IMG/VR virus record: IMGVR_UViG_3300020473_000013
Span: 160,854 to 224,853 of that record
Direction: 5' to 3' (one strand)
DNA length: 64,000 bases
The position numbers and the translations under genes were made by a program. The first letter of the stretch is position 1; each line of letters opens with the position of its first letter. Positions 19,401-28,490 of the stretch are shown here, one piece after another. The notes below the pieces were generated by a model that saw only the letters and a program-made list of their open reading frames with translations, was not told the DNA's origin and did not search any database.

Positions 19401-20915
19401 AACGGTCCTGTCACTGTGGACGAGAACACCGACGCCCAGTACACTCTGCGCGTAGTGTTCGACGACAGCTCCGAGCGTGACGTGCCTGCCACTGACTGGG
19501 CTGTGGACAACCCTGCCGCAGGCTCCATCGTGGCAGACACTGGTGTGTTCAGTGCTGCCGAGAACGGTACTGGTGCCAACATCACTACCGTCGTGTCCGC
19601 TTCGTGGAATGTGGATGGCGTTGAAGTGTCCGACCAGAAGACTATCGGCGTTGTCGATACGACCGTGTACCTCGAATCCGCTGAGGTGCAGGGTGCTGGC
19701 TCTGTGGACGAGGGTGCTTCCGAGACGTACCAGCTTCGCGTCTTCTACACCGATGGTTCCGACCGCGTGGTATCCGTCGAAGACTGGGGCATCGACAGCG
19801 GCGGCGCGTTCGCTACTATCGACCCGGTCACCGGCGTGCTCACCGCGGACGCCAACTTCATCGGCGACAAGACTGTGACCATCAGTGCGTCGTTCACCGA
19901 AGGCGGTATTACCGTCGGCGACAACCTGCTGATCAACCTGGCTGACGTGATCCTGCGTCCCATCAGCCTCGACATCAGCGGTCAGAACGAAATCGACGAG
20001 GGACAGTCCGACACCTACAGCGCAGTGGTGACTTACGATAACGGTTCCACCGCGTCTGTCTCCCTGACTGATTGGGCTACGGATAACGCTGCCGCTTCCA
20101 TCGACGCCACAACTGGGGAGCTGACTGCGAATCAGGTGGACGCAGATACCGACGTGATCATCACCGGTTCCTACACGGAGAACGGTGCAACCGCGAACGG
20201 TTCGTTCACCATGCGCGTCATCGACGTGTACGCTGTCTCCGCCGCTATCACTGGTCCGACGTCCGTACTGGAAGGCACCACCGCTCAGTACGAAATGAAC
20301 GTGACTTTCAGCGACAGTTCCGTGGATACTCGCGCTATCAGCGACTGGGCTACCTCGGATGAGGCTGTGGCGACCATCGACGCTTCCACCGGCGAACTGA
20401 CCGCCGTGATGCTCGATGCTGATACTCCTGTCACGATCAGTGGTTCGTATACCGAGAACGGCTACACGGTTAATGCGACGCTTGACATCACCGTGACCGA
20501 CACTCCGCCTGTGACGCAGGCTCTGCCGAAGTGGGGCTACGCTCCGTATGCTGGTCCTGATCTGACGGCCGCAGGCGACACCGTTCAGTCGTTCCTAGAC
20601 GCTTTGCCTAGCGACATGCCGAGCGAGAGCAACGGCGAGGAGTTCACCTACGACCTTCCGGATGGGAACACTTATGCGTACTTCGCGCATCCGAAGTCGC
20701 TGGGTCTCGCCACGTTCACCGACACGGCTAACAACTTCGCCGGTTCGTGGGACGGTGCTTCGTGGCAGAGCGATCTGTCCAACATGGACAACACCGGTCC
20801 GATCGAGGTGACCTACGACGATGGTTCTGGTCCGGCCCAGTGGTACGTATATCGTACTGATTGGCCTGGACCCAGCAACAATCCGTCCACCTTCCGGGTC
20901 GATTACGCGGGCTAA
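16419..20915 (+). CDS. Large virion fibre/adhesin with 12 tandem Ig-like (Big_2-type) repeats and a C-terminal tip domain
   Basis: About 95-aa repeats starting YPxSAxIxG..xxEG; Thr/Asp-rich; ATG 16419 after GGAG. Confidence 0.85.
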   Translation: MNRLEQFVDRLMAVADKRNLAYENPVTIMIDVGQEQFYVVVSHAEPNHVTLPLNVTWIVADPESPNYRKALRRASALPFDGLRNTWAELRTYEDFTEELQFWDLSATFQFGEIQVPGVKEATPTRRGLFSLNREAGDPDDPVVVGDNDERMSNPRQPLPHQHPLLPSTMLAGSTGINEFYVIISEGGSPAEGQILCLTEPGDEEGEWNGIWRYPTAADIVYDGPTVQEIVINGPADDQVEEGTPVPFTATAVFTDGSTIESIAAEWEIIANTGAGTISTSTGVFTSADVSGDQVVRIRASWVHEESGEQHQGTYDLTVIDTTVVAVLERIELSGVDSIDEGGNTSQFTVTAFYDDGSSRGVTPTTFTSSNLSAGSLNSSTGMFTSAVDVVNNQTTTLNATYTENGVTVSDALDLTVVDTTVYPESAVIQGPVVVAENTEETYVLVVTFTDQTSSQVAVSDWAIDNASAGVIGSSDGVLQAPTNLDADEIATISASFTSNGRTVNASYEITVTDETVYPVNATVVGPNQIDEGEVVTYQLEVEFSDGTTSFVSVSDWSHDTASAGSIGPSSGEFTASEVTANTDTVISASYTQSGDTVSDTLTLTVLDTTNYPVSARIVGNATMGEGSTQDLDLEVTYQDNTTAMVVADSWVSSDDTLLPVSAIGEVVAKDGLRTDSFATITANYSENGVDLAPTLTITVTDDTLYPTGAQILGPIVVNEGTTVGYSLEVTYEGGGKQVEPVNTFAIDNASAGTITNDGRLSAPADVTSDVATQVSASFTLDGTTVSATLDITVTDDTVYPASAQILGPVSIDEETVHTYELEVTYTDATKGVVTVSDWDSSNTAAATIDTSTGQLTALSLAEDAMTTISASFTENGTTVGDTMDITVRDVTNYPVSAQILGVASVPENGTATYELEVTFKDSTVQKMPVTNWASSNTNAGVINATTGAFQARANVTADVNTTISASYTAFGQTVSDTHLVTVTDETAYPVSATLNGPVTVDENTDAQYTLRVVFDDSSERDVPATDWAVDNPAAGSIVADTGVFSAAENGTGANITTVVSASWNVDGVEVSDQKTIGVVDTTVYLESAEVQGAGSVDEGASETYQLRVFYTDGSDRVVSVEDWGIDSGGAFATIDPVTGVLTADANFIGDKTVTISASFTEGGITVGDNLLINLADVILRPISLDISGQNEIDEGQSDTYSAVVTYDNGSTASVSLTDWATDNAAASIDATTGELTANQVDADTDVIITGSYTENGATANGSFTMRVIDVYAVSAAITGPTSVLEGTTAQYEMNVTFSDSSVDTRAISDWATSDEAVATIDASTGELTAVMLDADTPVTISGSYTENGYTVNATLDITVTDTPPVTQALPKWGYAPYAGPDLTAAGDTVQSFLDALPSDMPSESNGEEFTYDLPDGNTYAYFAHPKSLGLATFTDTANNFAGSWDGASWQSDLSNMDNTGPIEVTYDDGSGPAQWYVYRTDWPGPSNNPSTFRVDYAG

Positions 20916-20976
20916 GCCCAAACCAACGGGGCGCATCCAACCGGGTGCGTCCTACTCTCTCTATCTGAGGTGAATC

Positions 20977-21498
20977 ATGGCAATCCCAATTTCCTCGTAT
21001 CTCTCGAAGGCGAGTGCCGCCATTCCGTTCCTTCTCAAGGACACCGATCTGCGGGGCGGCTTCCGCTGTGTGGCCGATGCTACAGCCCGCGACGCTATCC
21101 ACGTCGGCGCCAAGACTCACGGCATGCTGGTGTTCGTTATCGCTGACGCTACGTATTGGCGCTGGAACAACGACACCGCCGCGTGGGACTCCTGGGACGT
21201 GACGGGGCTGGTCAGTCTGGGTGCAGGTATCAAGCGTGACACCAACAGCGCTCTCGCCGTCGATACCGGGCACCTGAATACCATCTACGCGCTCAAGACT
21301 CACACCCATGAAATCAGTGGTGTGAACAACCTCCAGCAGACGCTCGACAGCAAGGCCGCCGTGTCGCACAATCACACCTTCGCGTCGCTGCAAAGCGTCC
21401 CCAAGGTGACCGCGATGCCCGGCGTCACCGTATCGACTGCGGAGCCCGGCAGTACCGATGGTGAAGATGGAGACCTCTGGTTCGTCGTTCCCGCCTAA
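20977..21498 (+). CDS. Tail-fibre-type protein with His-x-His repeats
   Basis: LRGGFRCVADATARDAI..GMLVFV domain; HTHEISGVNNLQQTLDSKAAVSHNH fibre repeat; GEDGDLWF end. Confidence 0.7.
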   Translation: MAIPISSYLSKASAAIPFLLKDTDLRGGFRCVADATARDAIHVGAKTHGMLVFVIADATYWRWNNDTAAWDSWDVTGLVSLGAGIKRDTNSALAVDTGHLNTIYALKTHTHEISGVNNLQQTLDSKAAVSHNHTFASLQSVPKVTAMPGVTVSTAEPGSTDGEDGDLWFVVPA

Positions 21499-21516
21499 TA
21501 GCTAGAGGTTCATATT

Positions 21517-22068
21517 ATGCCTTTGATCACAAAGACCGGAGGCGCTTGGAACCAACTGCTTCAAGGCGACGTCCATGTGAACGACGGTGGCGCTATGAAA
21601 GCCGCCGACCAGGTGTTCGTGAAGGATAATGGCGTTTGGGTACCTATGTTCGAGAGTCTGACACAACCCCGCTGGGGCTATGCGTCCTATGCAGGGCCGA
21701 CTCTTTCGGACAACGGGTACCTCGGTGCTCAGTCGTTCATCGAGGAGAACCTCACTACCTTGATGGCCAGCGACGCGGACAATCTGGAGTTTACATACGA
21801 CCTCCCTGATGGTCAGACCTACGCATACTTCGCTCATCCGAAGTCGCTGGGCCTTGCTGTGTTTACGGACACGGTATCCAGCTTCGCCGGAGCGTGGGAT
21901 GGCGCCAAGTGGCTCGAAGACCTCAGCAACATGGACGAGACTGGACCCATCGAGGTAACCTTCGATGCAGGTAACGGTCCCGAGCAGTGGTACGTATATC
22001 GTACTGACTGGTCAGGTCCCAGTTCTGAACCCACTACGTTCCGAGTCGAATACCCCAATCGCTCGTAG
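21517..22068 (+). CDS. Virion protein carrying a copy of the fibre C-terminal tip domain
   Basis: YAYFAHPKSLG...WDGA.W...TGPIEVT.D.G.GP.QWYVYRTDW shared with 16419..20915. Confidence 0.8.
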   Translation: MPLITKTGGAWNQLLQGDVHVNDGGAMKAADQVFVKDNGVWVPMFESLTQPRWGYASYAGPTLSDNGYLGAQSFIEENLTTLMASDADNLEFTYDLPDGQTYAYFAHPKSLGLAVFTDTVSSFAGAWDGAKWLEDLSNMDETGPIEVTFDAGNGPEQWYVYRTDWSGPSSEPTTFRVEYPNRS

Positions 22069-22079
22069 ACGTGACGGAG

Positions 22080-22102
22080 AGCGGTCCTGCGGGGCCGCTT
22101 TT
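22080..22102 (+). terminator. Intrinsic terminator-like hairpin
   Basis: AGCGGTCC-TGCG-GGGCCGCT followed by TTT. Confidence 0.6.
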
Positions 22103-22124
22103 CGTATCTACGCAGGAGTTCCAC

Positions 22125-22706
22125 ATGCCCTTACTTACCAAACAGTCGGGGGCTTGGACGGATTTGGCAGCGAGCGCTGTCTTCTTGTTCCACTCTGGAC
22201 AGATCAAGAACCCGACCCAAGCCTTCATCAAGCGAGCAGGATCATGGCAGCCAGTATTCGATGCTGGGAATCCATGGCCTGCTTCTCCTCTCCCTGCAGG
22301 TACGCCTCGCTTCGGTGTCGCACAGTTCTCCGACACCGACTTCACAGGAGGCAAGACCGACCCCAACCCAGCTGGCGATCCGTACATCCGCTGGTCAGGC
22401 GTTCAAGAGTTCATGGATACCGTACTGCTACAACAAGGTACGGACATAGACCTTAACGTTCCCTACCCTGAGTATGGTTACTTCGCGCATCCGAAGTCCA
22501 TGGGTACCGCATCTATTGTCGATAATGCGTTCGGCTTTGAAGGCGGTTGGGACGGCGCAGCATGGGAAGAAGACGGCGGCACGGGCTCTACCACAGGTCC
22601 TGTCGAGGTGACCTACGATGATGGCGACGGACCCAAACAGTGGCTCGTCTATCGTACAGACTACTCAGGCCTCGGTCAGATGTCTTGGTCTGCCACCATC
22701 TCCTGA
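22125..22706 (+). CDS. Third paralog with the fibre tip domain
   Basis: MPLLTKQSGAW N-terminus like 21517; YGYFAHPKSMG, WDGAAW, QWLVYRTDY. Confidence 0.8.
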   Translation: MPLLTKQSGAWTDLAASAVFLFHSGQIKNPTQAFIKRAGSWQPVFDAGNPWPASPLPAGTPRFGVAQFSDTDFTGGKTDPNPAGDPYIRWSGVQEFMDTVLLQQGTDIDLNVPYPEYGYFAHPKSMGTASIVDNAFGFEGGWDGAAWEEDGGTGSTTGPVEVTYDDGDGPKQWLVYRTDYSGLGQMSWSATIS

Positions 22707-22821
22707 CGAAAGCTGTAAATTGTAGATATAAAGTGCGTGCCGCGCACGGGCAGGCCCTGTAATTGGTAGCCTTGCCCAAATCTGATTATGGGGCCTACGC
22801 CCCTCTCTTTGGAGAGGATTT

Positions 22822-24216
22822 ATGTTCTTTGTATCCCTAGCCGCCAACATTGACCCGGACGACTATGCTTGGCTGGTGTTCACCCGTGCGACGAAGATGC
22901 GCCTCAAAGGCTATCACCAACGCCATGTTCTCAATCTGGAGAAAGGTGACATCTTTGGCGTCCGCCGTACGCGGTCCAACACCTACCAGTTAGTCAAGTC
23001 TGACTCGATGCACATTTTGTATCGCAACATCAAGCCGAAGACGCACGATAACATTCTGAACAACAGTATTCCTTACAAGGGACCGACTCCTTCCAAGCAG
23101 GAGGTTGAGGAAGGGTTTGTGCGGCCTCGCAAGGTGTCTACGCGGGAGCCTAGCCAACGCTCCAACAAGCGCACCGACGACTACTTTAAGCCGTCCAAAC
23201 AGCGTATTACCGAGAAGTACGAGATCGACCAGTCCAACTATCAGTGGCGCAAGCTCAAGGAAGGGCCCATCCGCGTCCTTAGTAAGAAGCAAGGCAAGGC
23301 GCGCGGTATTCTGCGTTCTGGTGATGTGGTAGGTATGCGTTTCCGCAGCCCTGCCCGAGGCGGTTATGTTCTTCTGGACGGTAACGTTCGTGTTCACGTT
23401 TCCCACGAAATGTACACCGAGATAGTCCACGCCTCCCGTGTCGTACCTGATAGTGAGCAGCGCTCGGACGTGGTTGATCTTGGCAAGAACGTTTCCGAGG
23501 AAAAGCTCAAGGAGCAAGAGGCTAAGCGAAAGAAAGCACTTCCTGTTAAGCGTAAGCCTGCCGCTCCTCCAGAAGACATCGAGGAGGAGCCCATCCAGAA
23601 GATGTACGACATCGACGAGGTGGACGAAGACTTCCACGCTCGGACTAAGCGTCGCGCCAAAACACAGCGCAATTTGCGCAGGACAATCCGCAAGCTGTTG
23701 GAGGTACCGGAGCAGGATACTTGGGTAGAGAACGAGGATGAAGGTTTCGAGGACGAAGGTGAAGCCCCTGTTCAAGGTACCCCGGAATCTGGAGACGAGT
23801 TCGAGCCTGAGGATGAAAGCACGCCTGAAGAGGAGCCTGATCTGGACGAAGACGCTGATCTGGATGAAGATGAGGACGAGGACGAGGACGAAGAAGATAC
23901 CTCTCCTGCTATCGAACAGCTTGAACCCGGCACCGTCTTCCGTATGACGAAAGGCAGCAACCGTACTTTTGTCGTGGTCGAATCTAATCCTATGGAGCGC
24001 AACGAGAACCTGGTGGAACTCACTCTGTTCGATCCTGCTGCTGGTGGTGATGATGACTACGACATGTACCGCCTCCGTCTTAACGTCAACATGCCGATGT
24101 CCAAGTTCAAGGAGAGCGCCGAGGTTTCGGCTGAACCCTTCGATCCCAAAAAACTCAAAGAACTACAGGACAGTGTAGAGTATGCTGACATTAAATCTAT
24201 CTCTCTCGTCAAGTAG
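22822..24216 (+). CDS. Hypothetical protein with a basic N-half and acidic tract (putative head/internal protein)
   Basis: GGAGAGG RBS; N-terminus MFFVSLAAN; D/E-rich linker. Confidence 0.75.
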   Translation: MFFVSLAANIDPDDYAWLVFTRATKMRLKGYHQRHVLNLEKGDIFGVRRTRSNTYQLVKSDSMHILYRNIKPKTHDNILNNSIPYKGPTPSKQEVEEGFVRPRKVSTREPSQRSNKRTDDYFKPSKQRITEKYEIDQSNYQWRKLKEGPIRVLSKKQGKARGILRSGDVVGMRFRSPARGGYVLLDGNVRVHVSHEMYTEIVHASRVVPDSEQRSDVVDLGKNVSEEKLKEQEAKRKKALPVKRKPAAPPEDIEEEPIQKMYDIDEVDEDFHARTKRRAKTQRNLRRTIRKLLEVPEQDTWVENEDEGFEDEGEAPVQGTPESGDEFEPEDESTPEEEPDLDEDADLDEDEDEDEDEEDTSPAIEQLEPGTVFRMTKGSNRTFVVVESNPMERNENLVELTLFDPAAGGDDDYDMYRLRLNVNMPMSKFKESAEVSAEPFDPKKLKELQDSVEYADIKSISLVK

Positions 24217-26194
24217 GAACCGTGTCGTGCCTAAACGTCCTGAAGGTGTCTCCTTAGCTGCGTTCAACCGTGATCCGGGTGTGTACGCGGAGAAGCTCAA
24301 CCGTACGCAATCCATCGGTCTGGCGAAGTACCTCGACTACTGGTACCACGAGAAAAACAAGCCAAAGTCTGAGGACGAGGCCTACGACATCCTGCTCGAT
24401 CTCATTCAGGCCCGCTGGCCCAAAGCTCGCTACCTGAAGAAGGTCGGCCATAAGGTCGTAACGAAAGGCCGCAAGGAGGTCCAGCTTCCGATCTTCATGC
24501 CCTCTCTCGACAAGGCCAAGGCGGATACGAAGAACCTGCCCAAGTTCCTGTCCGGCGCATTCGTCGTGTCGGACAAGCTCGACGGTATCAGCCTTCTGCT
24601 AGAGTATCGCAACGGCATTCCCTACGCCTGCTACACGCGGGGCGACGGAACTAAGGGGCAGGACGTATCTGGTGTCATCCCCGCCCTCAATATACCGAAG
24701 CGTATCACCGACAAGTCTACCGTGCTGGTTCGGTGCGAGTTCATCATCAAGCGTACCACATTCAACAAACGCCACTCTAAGGCACAAGGCAAAGGCGAGT
24801 ATAAGACTAGCCGAAACATGGGTGGTGGCCTTCTCACTCGCAACGAGCCTTCCAAAGCGGTGAGCGACTTCGATGTGAAGGCCTACGAGATTTCCAAAGG
24901 CAAGGGCGCGGGTAAGCCGCTGAGTTCTCAGCTCGCGTACCTCAAGCGGCAAGGCTTTACCGTGGTACGCCACAAGAAGTACAGCTCCTTGACCGTCGAT
25001 CAACTGACCGAGCTTCTGGAGCAGTTCCGCTCCACAGCCAAGTATGACATCGACGGCATCGTGGTGACGAAGGACAAGTCGTACTCCATCACACGCTCCA
25101 ACCCGAAGCACGCCAAGGCGTTCAAGATGAACTCCCTCGCCGCATCCAAGGTGGTGAAGATCAAGGACATCGAGTGGCGTCGCTCGCGCTACGGTAAGCT
25201 GGTGCCGCGTGTTATCCTCGACCCGATCGAACTCGGCGGTGTCACGGTGACCTACCTCACAGGTCACAACTTCTACTATATCCAGCACGGCTTTCGATAC
25301 CAAGATCGTAACAAGGGTTTGCCTGTTCGCCCCTTGGGCAAAGGTGCTGAGATTCGCGTCATCCGCAGTGGCGATGTTATTCCGTGGATCATGGAAGTCG
25401 TCAAGCCTGTTCGCAAGCCCTCGCAACCTCAGGAACCTTTCACTCTCGACGAGTCTGGGGTGTTCGCTATGGCCGTGCGGGAGAAAGGTGCCAAGGACCC
25501 TGCGCTTCGTAAGCAACGTATCACCCATTTCTTTAGTGCCATGAAGATGAAGGGTGTGAAGGCAGGACAGATAGAGCGCTTGTACGATGCAGGTTTCCGC
25601 ACGTTGCGCAGCATTCTCCATGCTACAGAGGACAAGCTGCTGAATGCCGGGTTTAAGGAGAAGACTGCTCAGAACATCACGACCACCGTGCGCAAAGGTC
25701 TGGCCGATGCCACGTTCGCTAAAACTGCCTACGCCAGCTCCGTTTTCGGGGACAAGATCGGCGAGTCTAAGATGCAGGCCGTGATCGACGCATATCCTGA
25801 CATCATGGAGCGCGTCGATACGTTCAGCGCTCAGGAGCTACAGGAGCAGATCGAGGAGATCGAAGGCATCAAGACGCAAGCTCGCGTGATAGCTCGGCGT
25901 CTGCCCAAGTTCGCCAAGTTCCTTGAGCGTAACCGCATTCAGCTCGTGGGTGAGGTCGCTCAGGTACAGGAGAGCAATAAGCTGGAAGGTATCAAGGTGT
26001 TGTTCACTTCCGTGCGTGATGATGACCTGCTTCAATCCATCAAGGCGAACGGCGGCGACAAGGCCTCTTCGGTCAAGTCAGCCACCCATCTAGTCGTCAA
26101 GCCCGGCGCGTCGAACAAGAAGACTGCCGAGGCGGAGGACAAGGGCATCCCGATCATGACTGTGGACGAGTTCCGCAAGAAGTTCAAGCTGTGA
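24182..26194 (+). CDS. ligA: NAD-dependent DNA ligase (alternative start GTG 24227)
   Basis: MPSLDK, SDKLDGIS (KxDG), YTRGDG, DIDGIVV, AFK, IRSGDVIP, HhH repeats, C-terminal BRCT; no C4 zinc finger. Confidence 0.92.
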   Translation: MLTLNLSLSSSRNRVVPKRPEGVSLAAFNRDPGVYAEKLNRTQSIGLAKYLDYWYHEKNKPKSEDEAYDILLDLIQARWPKARYLKKVGHKVVTKGRKEVQLPIFMPSLDKAKADTKNLPKFLSGAFVVSDKLDGISLLLEYRNGIPYACYTRGDGTKGQDVSGVIPALNIPKRITDKSTVLVRCEFIIKRTTFNKRHSKAQGKGEYKTSRNMGGGLLTRNEPSKAVSDFDVKAYEISKGKGAGKPLSSQLAYLKRQGFTVVRHKKYSSLTVDQLTELLEQFRSTAKYDIDGIVVTKDKSYSITRSNPKHAKAFKMNSLAASKVVKIKDIEWRRSRYGKLVPRVILDPIELGGVTVTYLTGHNFYYIQHGFRYQDRNKGLPVRPLGKGAEIRVIRSGDVIPWIMEVVKPVRKPSQPQEPFTLDESGVFAMAVREKGAKDPALRKQRITHFFSAMKMKGVKAGQIERLYDAGFRTLRSILHATEDKLLNAGFKEKTAQNITTTVRKGLADATFAKTAYASSVFGDKIGESKMQAVIDAYPDIMERVDTFSAQELQEQIEEIEGIKTQARVIARRLPKFAKFLERNRIQLVGEVAQVQESNKLEGIKVLFTSVRDDDLLQSIKANGGDKASSVKSATHLVVKPGASNKKTAEAEDKGIPIMTVDEFRKKFKL

Positions 26195-26202
26195 GGTGAT
26201 GG

Positions 26203-26724
26203 ATGAAGATCGAAAGAGCAGGGTTGGTCGGTGGGTATTTCGAGGAGTTTCGACTTCCTACAGAAGGCGAAGAGGCTCAGTCTTTAGTGGCGGTTCCTGA
26301 TGGAATTGTTGTGAAGACCCAAACGGGCGATCGCCCTGTTCCTAGAGCCTTAGAGGACTTCCTGTCTCCCGGTAGCTTCACATTCACTATCCCTGCAGGC
26401 ATGACGAGCTTGAAGTACACTCTCTCCGGAGGCGCTGGAGGGTCTGGAACCGGGTTCTGGGGAGGTAGATACTATGTATCCTACGGAGGCGCTGGAGCCC
26501 TCGTAGAAGGCACGTTAGATGTGACAGGCGGACAGGTCGTCAACGTTACTGTAGGGGCCATGGGTGATCGCTCGGACGGGTATGCCACGGTTATGGAGAT
26601 TGACGGACGGCGTATACAAGCTCTAGGCGGCGAGCGCGGTCAAGGGTGGGGTGTCAATGGGGACCCGGCGCTGCCCTTAGGAGGATCAGACTCTAATGGT
26701 TACGCTATGTTTGACAGGGGATAA
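26203..26724 (+). CDS. Glycine-rich tail-fibre/receptor-binding-like protein
   Basis: FTFTIPAG..LKYTLSGGAGG..GGAG..LDVTGGQVVNVTVG Gly-rich domain pattern. Confidence 0.7.
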   Translation: MKIERAGLVGGYFEEFRLPTEGEEAQSLVAVPDGIVVKTQTGDRPVPRALEDFLSPGSFTFTIPAGMTSLKYTLSGGAGGSGTGFWGGRYYVSYGGAGALVEGTLDVTGGQVVNVTVGAMGDRSDGYATVMEIDGRRIQALGGERGQGWGVNGDPALPLGGSDSNGYAMFDRG

Positions 26725-26726
26725 GT

Positions 26727-27380
26727 ATGAAGATCGAAAAGGCACACATGGTGGGAGGATCCTTAGAACGTCTGTCTCTTCCCACGGTCGGCGATCCCTC
26801 GACTGGGGCTCTTGTTGTCCAGGATAGCGACATCCACATAGGCATGAACGATCAGTTCAACTCCCTCCGTCCAGAGTTCTCATTTAGCGCTCCAGGGCCT
26901 GGGACGTATACCATGACCGTGCCGTACGGCGTACACCGCATAGTCTGTAACCTGCGCGGAGCAGGAGGCGGAGGCGGCGGCGCCGGACTGCATCCGAACT
27001 CGATCTACACGCATCGAGACGCTAACGGTGGCAGCGGAGGGGATGGTGCTCGACTGTACGAATACATAGACGTGTCCCCTTTTGATGAGATTCGCCTGAT
27101 TGTTGGACAAGGTGGGTCCGCAGGATCCAACAGGACCGGATATAACGTTAGAGGAGCTTCAGGGTCAAACGGTCAATCGACTCGACTTTATATTAACAAT
27201 AGCCAGGTCCTTCACGCGGATGGAGGAGGCTATGGTCGGGGAGGTCTTCAGAATGAGTCGTCAGGTCGCAATGGTTCTGATGCTTCCCCTTCAGGCGGCG
27301 CTGTAGGCGGCTCTCGTGGTACGCGCTCCTCTCAACCTACTAGCGGACAAGATGGTTCCGCTTCACTGTCACTCGCTTAA
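26727..27380 (+). CDS. Glycine/serine-rich tail-fibre-like protein, paralog of 26203
   Basis: MKIEKAHMVGG N-terminus matches the previous gene; YTMTVPYGV..GAGGGGG..IVGQGG. Confidence 0.7.
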   Translation: MKIEKAHMVGGSLERLSLPTVGDPSTGALVVQDSDIHIGMNDQFNSLRPEFSFSAPGPGTYTMTVPYGVHRIVCNLRGAGGGGGGAGLHPNSIYTHRDANGGSGGDGARLYEYIDVSPFDEIRLIVGQGGSAGSNRTGYNVRGASGSNGQSTRLYINNSQVLHADGGGYGRGGLQNESSGRNGSDASPSGGAVGGSRGTRSSQPTSGQDGSASLSLA

Positions 27381-27389
27381 GGAAACACG

Positions 27390-28490
27390 ATGACCAAAGT
27401 AGCCGTATATGCAATAGCCAAGAACGAATCGTTCCACGTTGATCGCTGGTATAGTTCAGTGAAGGACGCGGACGGTATCTTCGTTCTGGATACAGGTAGC
27501 GAGGACAACACCGTCCAGATGTTGGAGGCTCAAGATGAAGGCTGTCCGATCGAGGTGTTTCGCGCCTCGTTCGATCCCTTCCGTTTCGACATCGCCCGTA
27601 ATTTCGTTCTGAACCAGATTCCCAGTGACTTCGATTACGTCATGTTTATGGACCTGGATGAGGTCGTGGAGCCTGGTTGGAAACAAGCGATCATCGACAT
27701 GGTGGAGGAAGACCCGAGCATCACCGCTATCAACACACGGATGGTATTCGACGTGAATCCTGACGGTAGTCCGGGCACCACCTATAATCGGCTGATGGTC
27801 ACACGCAACGGCATGTATCGGTGGGTATATCCCGTACACGAGGTGCTCGACGCTAAGAATGGTGTACCTGTTAACGAGACGTTCTCCGACATTCGGGTCC
27901 GCCATCTGCCTGATCCGAACAAGAGCCGATCCGATTACCTGAACCTGCTGTACATCGCAGCTCAGGAGCGCCCTACCGATCCTCGCTGTGCTCAGTATTT
28001 GGCTAAGGAGTTGGCTGGACGTGGGCGCACGGCAGAAGCTCTGGCCGAGTTCCGTCGCCACCTTACACTGGAGAACAACACTTGGTTCCGCTGCGAGACA
28101 ATGCGTATGATGGCGTACTGTCACGAGGCGGACGGTGACACTCTGGAGGCACGCAATCTCCACACGGCCGCTTGCGCCGAAGCTCCTGAACTGCGTGAGC
28201 CGTGGGGCGATGCTGCTGCTTTCTACATGCGCGTGGAGCGCTACCACTCGGCTCTTGGGTGCGTCGAAAGCATGATGGACGTGACGGAGCCTCCTCAGCA
28301 CACCATCATACGCAATGATGCTTACTACGGAGCGTGGCCTCACCACGTGGCGGCTGTATGCTACCACCGACTTGGTGATACAGCATCCGCGCAGCGCCAC
28401 ATTCGTATAGCCGCATCGTTGTCGCCCAACGACGTGTCCATTCTTACCGACATGGTCACCATCTGCGATATTCCAGTCGAGGAGAAGTGA
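27390..28490 (+). CDS. Family 2 glycosyltransferase with C-terminal TPRs (SunS-like architecture)
   Basis: VYAIAKNE, DTGSED, FDIARN, MDLDE (DxD), YPVHE; TPR-like helices after about residue 180. Confidence 0.88.
   Translation: MTKVAVYAIAKNESFHVDRWYSSVKDADGIFVLDTGSEDNTVQMLEAQDEGCPIEVFRASFDPFRFDIARNFVLNQIPSDFDYVMFMDLDEVVEPGWKQAIIDMVEEDPSITAINTRMVFDVNPDGSPGTTYNRLMVTRNGMYRWVYPVHEVLDAKNGVPVNETFSDIRVRHLPDPNKSRSDYLNLLYIAAQERPTDPRCAQYLAKELAGRGRTAEALAEFRRHLTLENNTWFRCETMRMMAYCHEADGDTLEARNLHTAACAEAPELREPWGDAAAFYMRVERYHSALGCVESMMDVTEPPQHTIIRNDAYYGAWPHHVAAVCYHRLGDTASAQRHIRIAASLSPNDVSILTDMVTICDIPVEEK

Noticed and set aside
20520-22706. Diversity-generating retroelement TR/VR in the repeated tip domains
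   Set aside because: Differences are not adenine-specific, all copies are coding, and no reverse transcriptase is in the window.
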